From Octopus vulgaris (taxonomy: Eukaryota): 64,000 nucleotides of DNA. Position numbers and translations under genes: made by a program. Positions 12,347 through 23,871 of this stretch are shown one piece after another. The stretch's first letter is position 1, and each line of letters opens with the position of its first letter. The stretch covers positions 47,740,001 through 47,804,000 of the forward strand of contig OX597825.1 of NCBI GenBank assembly GCA_951406725.2, written 5' to 3'. The notes beneath the pieces are model-generated. The model did not search any database. It saw only the letters and a list, made by a program, of their open reading frames with translations, and was not told where the DNA came from.

Positions 12347-12842
12347 GGAACTAGTCCTTTAGAAAATCTCTGCTTGATAGAAGCAGTATACGTATCAAAA
12401 GGCAGTGTTTATCCTCACTTTAATATGAGTGTTCTCTAAGAGATGACGATACTGCAATTTTAACCCCAGGAAAACATCTCCTCCAGCTGGTTTATTCAAT
12501 GCGCTTTTCACACTCGATATTTATTGCAAGCGGTGATAACTCCTGCCATCCAAGCTTTGAAACCACAAGACAATGTTATTTGGATCTTATTGGATCTCTT
12601 CTGTGGTGGGCACCCACTTTCCAGGCATGGCAGTAGTTTAACTTCACTTGCAATATATAGAAAATACAGTGTCATACAATCACTGATTTTGTAACAAGGA
12701 AACTAGTCCGTTAGAAAATCTTTGTTCGAGATAGCAGCAGTATACGAACCAAACAGTAGCGTTTATCCCCACTTTAACGTGGTTCGAGTGTGGAAAGTGC
12801 ATTGAATAAACACACCCATGTTAAAGTGGTGATAAAACTACC
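12347..12842. repeat. Composite direct plus inverted repeat cassette
   Basis: 12347-12430 resembles 12702-12783 (direct); 12490-12517 is inverted at 12784-12810; 12756-12783 is inverted at 12813-12842. Confidence 0.7.
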
Positions 12843-12889
12843 AAAATAATTTCTAATGTTGTTAGAATATATGAAATTTTTAGAGAAAG

Positions 12890-13010
12890 ATCTGGTCGGT
12901 TACATCGAACAAAGCACTTGACTGACACTTTATTGTATCGACGGTATTTGAACTCCAAATCTAAAGAGCCAAGGATTTTTCCGATGCACTAACGATTCTG
13001 CCAGCTCTCG
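12890..13010 (-). mobile_element. Degenerate SINE type 1
   Basis: Reverse complement of the GAGCTGGCAGAATCGTTAG head and GAGTTCAAAT. Confidence 0.6.
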
Positions 13011-13199
13011 TACTATGCTGTTAAGATCTTAAGATCTATATAATCTTTAAATCCATCTTGAAAAGTTTGTCGAAATAAAAGAACGTGAGAAAATTTAAGG
13101 AAATGTTCGACTTTCCACATAGTTTAAGACTAAATACACATTATATTATGTTGTTGATGCATGTAGTTTCATGCACACACACATACACACACGAACGAG

Positions 13200-13238
<39 letters not shown>

Positions 13239-13243
13239 ACGAG

Positions 13244-13280
<37 letters not shown>

Positions 13281-14221
13281 GTGCCTGTGCGTGTATGTAT
13301 GTGTGATTGTACGTACATGTATATGTGTGTGCCATGCCTTCGTTAACGAATATTCACGGGGAAGGTTGTCCGAGGCAATCGTAGACTCACTGATGGTTGA
13401 TGCGGCCTATACAGGATAGACGTTTCACTGCAGTGTTTGCAAATATAAAAGCAGCATTTATATAATGAATTGGATATCTTATGCTTTTATTTAGTAATAA
13501 ATATATTTTGTTTTAGTATGGGTAGGCACAATATACTTCGTCTACCCATGTGTGTGTGTGTGTATGTGTGTGTGTGTGTGCGAGAGAGACAGAGAGAATA
13601 AGGGGAAGGAGATATGTCTATTACAATTATGAATATTAAATGATGAGTAGAACTGAGTAATACGGACAGAATATATGGTCACCACACCTGGTCACCACAC
13701 ATAGTCACAAATAGAATCATATTTTCAAACACAGAGATACACGAAATTTGAAACAATGGGGAGCCAGCCCATCTTTTCACCTTTCCATAATCAATGAAAC
13801 GTCCGAGATGATTTGAAACTTAGTTTTAACATGTTTTCACAATGATAATCAATGAGATAAATTTAACTAGAATTAGCAACAATTCTTTAGTCATCGCATA
13901 CTCTATTATTTATCTATTTGTTCTATTCTTTACTTATATATCCGTGTTGTATGTATGTCTGTCTATTTTTGTATATTTTTACTGTAATCTTTGACCTTTT
14001 AATTTTTGTACCCGTTCAGTCGACTTTCTAGTTATAATATTGTGTTGTATAATCTATTTCCTATAGATGCTTATTACAACGAATATTGATTTTTTATGAA
14101 ACAGAAACATCTTATTATTCAACCATGATCGGAACAACCATATTACTGAAACTATGCACGACCAAGTCAAGTTGACTTAAATATTCTGTTCGACGTTACT
14201 GTAGTAATATAATCTGTGTAC

Positions 14222-14657
14222 AACCAGTTTTTATCATGAGACAAGTCCAGGCTTTTGCAAATTACCCAGTGAATATATTGTGCAGCTCTATCATGCCTGT
14301 TAATATACTCTGTAGGCGCAAGAAGACTGCAACTGGAGACAACATGATCAATGGTTTCATTTTGTTGTTGACATACACGACACGTTGGGCTACTGCCGAC
14401 CTTTAATATGTTGGCCTGGTAGTTCCTTATAGGTAGGCATTGATCTTGAGCTGCTATGATAAGCCCTTCTGTCTCAGATTTTAAGCCAGAGGCCATTAGC
14501 CATTGGTGGATCAGGGCTTTGTCAACATCTGCATTGTTTGCTCTCTTTGGGTATTTGCCATTGAGAGGTTTATCTTGCCATTTATCATTCAGAATATCTA
14601 AGGCAGCAGTTTTAGCACGGGTTTCCATGCGCTTAGCTTTTTCTGTGCTTGTTTCTT
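14222..14657 (-). mobile_element. Internal fragment of family A (linker plus CCHC)
   Basis: WQDKPLNGKY, IAAQDQCLP, CRVCQQQNETIDHVVSSC, RHD. Confidence 0.9.
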
Positions 14658-14675
14658 TTTATTATTATTATTATA

Positions 14676-14950
14676 TCGTGCTTTCACTTCACTACCGAGC
14701 GCAGCTCTGTGTGCCTTGGGTATGTGATGTGATTTGTTGTGATGATCTGATGGTTATTATATGGAAAGTGTTCTGCGTAGGATGTGTGCAGTGCCTAGTA
14801 GTGCAATTTTCTGTATGTTATATGTGTTTGTAAGTCCTGGTGTTTTTGTTATGTATTTGTCTGAATATTTTTTATCATGCCTGATGCACCTACTATGATA
14901 GGAATTGTTTCTGTTTTTAGATTCCACATTCTGGTTACCTCTATTTCCAG

Positions 14951-14952
<2 letters not shown>
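14676..14952 (-). mobile_element. 5'-truncated 3' end of R4/Dong family B
   Basis: KIALLGTAHILRRTLSI followed by CCCAAGGCACACAGAGCTGCGCTCGGTAGTGAAGTGAAAGCACG; flanked by (ATT)n. Confidence 0.9.
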
Positions 14953-15023
<71 letters not shown>

Positions 15024-15040
15024 CATCATTATCATCATCA

Positions 15041-15081
<41 letters not shown>

Positions 15082-15125
15082 GTTGTTGTTGTTGTTCTTG
15101 TTGATGTTATTTCTATTATTATTAT
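14953..15125. repeat. (ATT)n/(ATC)n/(GTT)n microsatellite
   Basis: Direct reading. Confidence 0.95.
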
Positions 15126-15944
15126 CAATAGTATTAATGCGCTAACTTTTTTGTTTTTGCAAGTACCTGTTGTGTGCGTCACACTTACTCCAAAAAAGTG
15201 GCAAAGTGAGAGGAGGACAGAGAGGAAGTAAGAGAGAGAGAGAGAGAGAGAAAAAAAAAGAGAGTGAGCGAGAAAGAGAGAGAGTGAAAGAGACAGTGAG
15301 TCGCAACGGCGTTCGTTTTGTGTTTTTAAATGTTTATCAGATCACAAGAGAAGTAGATACATAGATTACATATACACATTGTTGAATCAAAAGCGGGAGA
15401 GAAGAGGGACACAAAGGAAGTGAAAGAGAAAGTGAGAGAGACAGTAGATACATAAATTCAAAGAAAAGTTCATATATAGATACATACACATAGCAAATAT
15501 TGCATGTCAATTTCACTTTTCATTACAACATGAGGATAAAATTAACTCACAAATGGCTGAGTACTCCACAGACTTGCATAATATTAACATAGTTCGCAAG
15601 GAGATTCAGCCTCACACAGAATATGACAAGGCTGGCCCCTTTGAATAACAGCTTCAACTCGAGACATAGATATATAAAGATATGAATGCATTTGTGTGTG
15701 TATGTAGAGTTTAGGTTAGTTGAAACATGTTTGTAATAAGTGTCGCGTGGTGGTAATATATGCAATTACCAAACTTTCATTCATAAATCCATTTATTATT
15801 TCGTTCTTTTGCATTTCAGTTTTATGTTAAGGTTCTTTGAATATGTACGATGTATTTTAAGGTTAAATAGTAATTCCGTTTACGTTTCTGTAACTCAGAT
15901 ATTTTGGTTGGATTATATAGTCATTGGTGCTACATTATTGCTAT

Positions 15945-16092
15945 AATTCTAGGCCTGAATTATTTGTGGGGAGGGGGCCAGTTGATTAGATCGACCCCAG
16001 TACACAACTGATACGTAATTTATCGACTCCGAAAAGACGAAAGGCAAAGTCGATCTCGGCAGAATTTGAACTCAGAACGTAAAGACAGACGG
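15945..16092 (-). mobile_element. Partial SINE type 1
   Basis: Reverse complement reads TTACGTTCTGAGTTCAAATTCTGCCGAGATCGACTTTGCCTTTC. Confidence 0.8.
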
Positions 16093-16190
16093 TCATAATA
16101 TACCCACATTTCTCATGGCACCAGTATACCGTTTACAGATGTTTACGTTTTTTATGTTTTTCGTGAATTTTCCACGGGTCCAGCTAGTGA

Positions 16191-16219
<29 letters not shown>

Positions 16220-16221
<2 letters not shown>

Positions 16222-19200
16222 ATGTTTGACTTTTGCTTTATATTTGTACAAGTTGGCTCCAAGTCTCACCCGGAGACCTCAAGAGACAACAGATTGGAAG
16301 TTCACGTTGATGTTATGCCTAGTGTGCCATATATTTGGTTGTTTTTTGTATTGTACTAGTGGATGTCTAAAAAAAAATTTTTGTTTTAAACCTTGAGATT
16401 ACATACAAAGTATTTTGCGTAGGATATGAGCAGTTCCCATGAGCACTATCTTTTGAATTTCTGCCATTTTGGGGTTTCCTGGTAACTGAGTTAGGTAGCA
16501 ATCAGCCCCTTTTGCTATCATTCCCAGGGCACCTATGACAACAGGCATTGTTTTAGTCTTCAGCTTCCACATTTTGCTGATTTCTATTTCAAGATCTTTA
16601 TATTTGCTCAGTTTTTGGTAGGTCTTGACAAATACGTTTATATCGATTGGGACAGTCATATCAATGAGGAGGCATGTTTTTTGTCTGAAGTCTTTCAATA
16701 TGATGATGCCTATTTGCATCTATCTTTCTGTCAGTTTGAATGGTGAAGTTCCAGAGGAGTGAGAGCTGGTCATTTTCAAGCACTGGAGGTGGTTTGTGTT
16801 CCCACCAGTTTTTTTCATGGGGCAAATCCAAGTTTTTGCAGATTACCCAGTAAATATATTGTGCAGCTCTATCATGCCTGTTGAGATACTCTGTAGGCAC
16901 AAGAAGACTGCACTTGGAGACCACATGATCAATGGTTTCATTTATTGCTGGCATACACGACACGTTGGGCTACTGCCGACCTTTAATATGTTGGCCTGGT
17001 AGTTTCTTGTTTGTAGGCATTGATCTTCAGCTGCTATGATAAACCCCTCTGTTTCAGGTTTTTAGCCAGAGGTCATTAGCCATTGATTGGTCAGGGCTTT
17101 GTCAACATCTGCATTATTCGCTCTCTTTGGGTATTTGCCATTGAGAGGTTTATCTTGCCATTTATCATTCAGAATATCTAAGGCCACATATTTAGCACGG
17201 GTTTTCATGCGCTTAGCTTTTTCTGTGTTTGTTTCTTGTATGTCTATCTCTAATTACGAAATTTGTTGTATTCGGAATTCACTTAGAGATATGCCTTTGC
17301 CTGGTTTGTTACTGAGTATGATGCTTTCTTGTTTTCATGTTTTGAGACAAGTTTTAACATCCAGTCCTCAGAGTTTTTCAGGTAGGTGTCTAGGCCAATT
17401 GTAGCAATCTTCATTGTTATTGCCAGTTGTAAAAGTCCACGGCTTCCCTCTTTTCTTGGTAGATAAAGTCGTTCTGTATCTGCCTTAGGGTGGTGCATTC
17501 TATGCATTTTCAACAGTTTTCGTATTTTTCTGTCAAGATTACTTATTTCAGTAATTGACCAGTTAACGATATTGAAACTGTAAGTCACGACTGGTATGGC
17601 TAATGCATTGATCGCTTCGATCCTGTTTCTCGCATTCAGCTCTGTCTTGAGTATTACTCTTACTCTGCGATAACATTCTCCCCTGATCCTTTCCTTCATC
17701 TCTGAATGCCTTATTCCGTCTCCTTCAATTACCCCTAGATACTTGTAGTTCTCCGCTGGGTCTAATTCTTTTATGACATTCTGCTGGTCAAGGTTAACGT
17801 TAGATGTTTCTGTCATTTTTCCTTTGATAAAGGTAGCTTTTGCACATTTATCGAGGCCAAATTGCATTCTGATGTCATCACTGAATTGTTTGACAATCGC
17901 CAGTAAGCCCTTGAGTTGTTGGTCATTTTTTGCAAAGAGCTTTAAATCATCCATGTAAATGAGATGATTTATATTTTTATCAAACATTTTATATCCGTAC
18001 TGCGCGTCATTGAGCGGTTTTGAGAGAGGTATTAAGGCTAAACAGAAGAGGAGTGGTGATAGTGAGTCACCCTGGAAAATGCCACATGAAATTTTTACAT
18101 CACCAGCATTTAGAGATTCATTGTCACTGTTCAAAGTTAGTGTGGTTCTCCATGATCTCATACTTACAGACAAAAAGTTTCGCAGAGTAGGTGCTATTTT
18201 ATACATTTCCAGGCATTTCTTAATCCAGCTATGTGGTAGGCTATCAAAAGCCTTTTTATAGGCTATCCAGGCTATTGATAAGTGTTTGTGTCGTTTGTGA
18301 CAATCTTCTAAGATCATCTTATTGATGAGTAGTTGATCTTTACAACCGTAGGATCCACGTTTACTTCCTTTCTGTTCATTAGGGAATATGCTACTGTCTG
18401 TCAAAAAACTATAGGTATATTCCGTCAGGACAGATGTTAGTGTTTTATACATAGTTGTTAAGCAGGTTATGGGTCTATAGTTTTTTGGTTCATTTGTTTC
18501 TTCACTTTTTGGAAGCAGGAATGTTAGCCCATTAACTTGTCGGGTCAATATTTGTGTGTCTTTCTCCATCTATTTGATGTTCATCTGTCTTAGTGTTTAT
18601 GTTTGGTTCAGGGAGTATTTCACTTTGCCTATCACTTATACTAACTCTTTCAATCCTTACTTCGTTTTTATCAGCTCTGAGCTGGTCTATAATTATTTCC
18701 TCTGTATTATCTTCTTTAGCTGCAGCTTCGTTCATTCTATCCGTTACTGCTTGTCTAATTTGATCAATCTCTACTTCAGTCAGTAATTCTTTTTTTATAA
18801 TGTTTCTTCTGACGTTGGCAAGTTTGTTACTGTCTATGTAGGGTCTTGCTTCGGGGTGTTTCTGTCTCCAGTTTATGTAGGTTTGTATAGTGTTCGATTT
18901 ATCTGTGGGGAAATATATGGCATGGTAGAAGGCCGCAATAACTTCTTTATTATCTTCCCTAGTCCATTTTTCCTTCTTTTTCTTTTGAGTGTTTGGTGAC
19001 GAGCATGGATGGCCATCTGTTGGAACATTCCATTTGTGGTGTGCGTCCAGCTCCTGTGTGTCGGGAAGATTTGATCCAGTAGCTGATTTTTCAATCAGAC
19101 TTTGGTTCAACTTTCGAGTACGTGGTCTTTTGTAATCCGCTCGCCGACCATCGCGGTTTGTAGTTTGTTTTGTTGACATTGAAGCATGGCGAGCTTCGAC

Positions 19201-19460
19201 TCTTACAATAAGAGACGGATCTGTCAATTTAGGATTCTCTGCACGTAAACATTGTTCGTAGTGCAGCTTCTTAAGGCTAGCAGATCTGTATTCTTCTGTA
19301 TTTTTTTTGTTGATAGATTTATCTCCGGGCATAGTTTTCCCTTTTTTTTAAACTTATGAAAGATTCACTCTGCCTGTTCGATAAAATGAGAATAAAATAT
19401 GAAAACAAAAATTATCATCACCATCAATGATATTGTTTTATGTGTAGTCACAGCAGTAGC

Positions 19461-19533
<73 letters not shown>

Positions 19534-20650
19534 CATTATCACCATTGCCACGGTAAAGAGGTCATGTTCTATAGGTCTATAAATAGATTCAGCAGATGGT
19601 GGAATGGTCAGCCAAATAGACAAAGGACATTTTGGGTCAGGAAAGGTCACTTTACTAGTACTAGCGTTATCTTGAAAAGCAATTCAGCTTGTTATATTTG
19701 TAATTAATGGTAGGAAGAGAAAAAAAACAAAAAAAAACTATATATATACCCATACACATATGTATATGTATATGTATATTCACACACGCATATTTTCTGA
19801 TATTCACGTTGATGATTTTTTTTTTAATTTCTGAGTTCAATTGTGTTGTTGCAATAAACGTTTACGTGTTTACGTGTTTGGGTAATATATTAAAGTTTTT
19901 AAGTATTCTTGAGATGTTCATTTGGAAAATACAATAAGATTTTTGCAATGGGAAGAATGTTTACATTTTCGAATGCTCAGAAAAGAAAAAAAAGTTGTGG
20001 TTAGTGAAGTTCTAAGATTTACTAGATATGCACAGAGAGAAATGATAGTGTTCTTAGAATAGAAAGGAAGTTGGTATTTACATTTTCGAATACTCAGGGG
20101 GAGAGGAAAGGATACGTTGTCGCACATTAGTTGTAGATATTAAAGATTTTTTGTTTGTTTGTTTGTTTTTTTGTATTTTAAGCTGACCGTGTGTGTGTTC
20201 GATAGCTGTAGGTATGTAAGTTTCCTAACTTATTTCATTCTGCGGGAGATTTAAAATATTTATAGGGAGTTGTAAATATTCCAGTAGGAGGAAGAGCGGG
20301 TTCACCTTGTTGGGATTTTGAAATTCTGAATTTCTTTTTCTTTTGAAATTTTTCTTTTCTTTTTAAAAGTTATGCTGTGGTTTACAGTTTTTGTAGTTGT
20401 GCCGTATATATATATATTAGCAGGTGCTTACTTCCATAGTTTTTTTATCGTGCATTTAATTGTGTTGTTACAATAAAAGGCAAAGAAGGGACGACAAACT
20501 GTTCACACAAAATTGGAGATATTTATGATTCTAAATTTTTTGTTAGGTGTTCGCTTGTATGTCCAAAGCTGTAGATATGTAAGTTCCTCAACTTATTTTG
20601 AGGGAAATTCAAATTACTCACAGAAAACAGTAGATCTTCCAGTTTTTTTA
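16220..20650 (-). mobile_element. R4/Dong family A copy 2 (internal deletion of about 0.9 kb)
   Basis: Collinear inverted homology to 4995-10520 including the 5' region; bounded by (ATT)n at 16190-16220 and 20650-20755. Confidence 0.9.
17283..18569 (-). pseudogene. Open RT domain segment of family A copy 2
   Basis: 428-aa frame with NYRPITCL, WIAYKKAFDS (Asp to Ala), [27 protein letters not shown] and RLYLPRKEGSRGL. Confidence 0.9.
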
Positions 20651-20656
20651 TTATAA

Positions 20657-21343
<687 letters not shown>

Positions 21344-21345
21344 CA

Positions 21346-22200
21346 TTGAGAGAGAGAGCAGTGTATGCCATCAAAGTGACACTGGGGTAAAATATACAAA
21401 ACCCAGTAAATTCATCATGACTACCCGTCTGATAACCATATGTGCGAGACATGGTGATCTCATATTAAGATAAACAGCGCATGACCTTGCAGGTGGGGCC
21501 CAGTTAGAATTTTCTTCTGGTCGAGTAGCCCATCCCGCTCAAAAGGTCCAAGGATGTTGAACGAACCTGCCTCTTTGTTTTCAACTCCGACCATCCTTTG
21601 TAGCCTATCTGCAGGGTCTCTCAAACTCTCACTAATCCGAGATATTTCTACTCCAGTTAAGTAACCCTTCCTCCTAATTACTCTCACTTGGTTCATTAGT
21701 TTATTTTCTGACATTGGACACGTGACCTTTTCCATCCAAAATTTCAAGGTACGTCGGCCTACTCCGCGACGTCTTTCCAGCTTTGCTCTTTCATGACGTT
21801 CAATAAAAGTATCGTACTCTTCCTTCGTCCACTTGTGTCTGATTTTGCGCACACCGTGTATGTGATCTGTTATGACATAAGGACTGTCCGAGGCCAGATC
21901 ACTGCCCATGATGTGGGCGGTTCCGGACGTGCTGGGCGGGAAACCTTCACCAGGATCGGCTATAGCTCCATTCCTTATACAATGGTCTATACTAATCAGT
22001 CCACTGCCTCCATTCTTTCTTTTCATATACAGCCTGTTTAAGTTTGCAGTTAAAACTTACTACAATCTTTTGCGTTCCCTGCATGAATGGTAATCTAGGA
22101 GCATTCTCAACTAATTTTTAGTTTCTTTACTGGTCATTTCAAGAGCTCCCACAATCACTGGTATTATAACCGTCTTGAGATGCTATCTTTGCTCCAACTA
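21346..22200 (-). mobile_element. Mosaic of R4/Dong fragments (REL piece, RT-thumb piece, Myb-like N-terminus) ending in the 3' part of the AAT-flanked non-coding element
   Basis: IIPVIVGALEM; NRLYMKRKNGGSGLISI; RHKWTKEEY..ENKLMNQVRVIRRKGYLTGVEI; 21346-21549 matches 30075-30303. Confidence 0.7.
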
Positions 22201-22859
22201 TTGTCGTCATCTGCCCACCGTCCTCTTTTGGTTTTGCTTTCCGCTTGGGCAGTGACATTAGTAGAGGGGCCTTTCTGTTCAGAGGTATTTTTGTTTTCGT
22301 ATCTTAAGCACCTCAAGCTCAAAAGTAGAAATTAGCCTTTATTTATTTTCGAAGTTATATTTGCAAGCATATCTGTTTTTTCTCTATTTATAATGAGACG
22401 TGTTACATTTTATATTTATTGTTATTATTATGTTCTCTTTTAATTTGTTTAAACACTGTGTGCTCTACGTTGTGTTGTTCATGTACAAGATGTACTGATG
22501 CATGTGTGAATTATATAAACATTACATTTGTACTTACAGTGTCTTTCTGTAGCGACATCGCATTCTCGCATATTGCTTCAATTCACGTATAGGCAAGTCG
22601 CATCACCGCATGTGGTTTATATTATCACACACTTGTTTTTCTACGACAACGTGCCTCACAGCACCTATCTTTCATGTATGAAGGAAATATTTCGGTATCC
22701 TGATCTAATTTATATTAGGGACCAATTTTCATTCATATTTTTCGTGTTTCTTAAATACTGTTTGCCGATGGTCACAGATTTAATCCAACTTTGCAAGGAA
22801 CTCGCTTGTACACGCCCATCATGTTTGTTATTCGCTGCGGAGTTATAATAATAATAATA

Positions 22860-22918
<59 letters not shown>

Positions 22919-22931
22919 CATTATTATCATT

Positions 22932-22990
<59 letters not shown>

Positions 22991-23107
22991 TTCGGGCTCG
23001 ATAAATTAAGTACCAGTTGCGTATTGAGATCGATCTAATCGACTGACCCCTCCAACAAAATTTCGTGAGATGTGGTCATTCCTAGAGTCATTCCTAGAGT
23101 AGAAAAG

Positions 23108-23108
<1 letters not shown>
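22991..23108 (+). mobile_element. 3' half of SINE type 1 whose (ATT)n tail abuts a family A 3' end
   Basis: TCGATAAATTAAGTACCAG..GATCTAATCGACT..GTAGAAAAGATTATT. Confidence 0.7.
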
Positions 23109-23148
<40 letters not shown>

Positions 23149-23150
<2 letters not shown>

Positions 23151-23868
23151 TGTTTGACTTTTGCTTTACATTTGTACAAGCTGGCTCCAAGTCTCACCCA
23201 GAGACCTCAAGAGACAACAAGTTCATGTTGGCGTTATGCCTAGGGTGCCATATATTTGGTTTTGTATCTTTTGAATTTCTGCCATTTTGGGGTTTCCTGG
23301 TATCTGAGTTAGGTAGCAATCAGTCCCTTTCGCTATCATTCCCAGGGCACCTATGACAACAGGTATTGTTTTAGTCTTCAGCTTCCACATTTTGCTGATT
23401 TCTATTTCCAGATCTTTATATTTGCTCAGTTTCTGGTAGATTTTGACAGATACGTTTATATCGATGGGGACGGTCATATCAATGAGGAGGCATGTTTTTT
23501 GTCTGAAGTCTTTTACTATGATGTCTGGCCTATCCGCGTCTATCGTTCTGTCAGTTTGAATGGTGAAGTTCCAAAGGAGTGAGATGTGGTCATTTTCAAG
23601 CACTGGAGGTGGTTTGTGTTCCCACCAGTTTTTATCATGGGGCAAGTCCAGGCTTTTGCAAATTACCCAGTGAAATATATTGTGCAGCTCTATCATGCCT
23701 GTTGAGATACTCTGTAGGCGCAAGAAGACTGCACTTGGAGACAACATGATCAATGGTTTCATTTTGTTGTTGACATACACGACATGTTGGGCTACTGCCG
23801 TTCTTTAATATGTTGTTCTGGTAGTTCCTTGTTGGTAGGCATTGATCCTGAGCTGCTATGATAAACAC
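23149..23868 (-). mobile_element. 3' part of family A (CCHC, REL, 3' UTR)
   Basis: FIIAAQDQCLPTRN, CRVC..H..C, DRPDII, KLSKYKDL and the family A terminus. Confidence 0.9.
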
Positions 23869-23871
23869 TTG

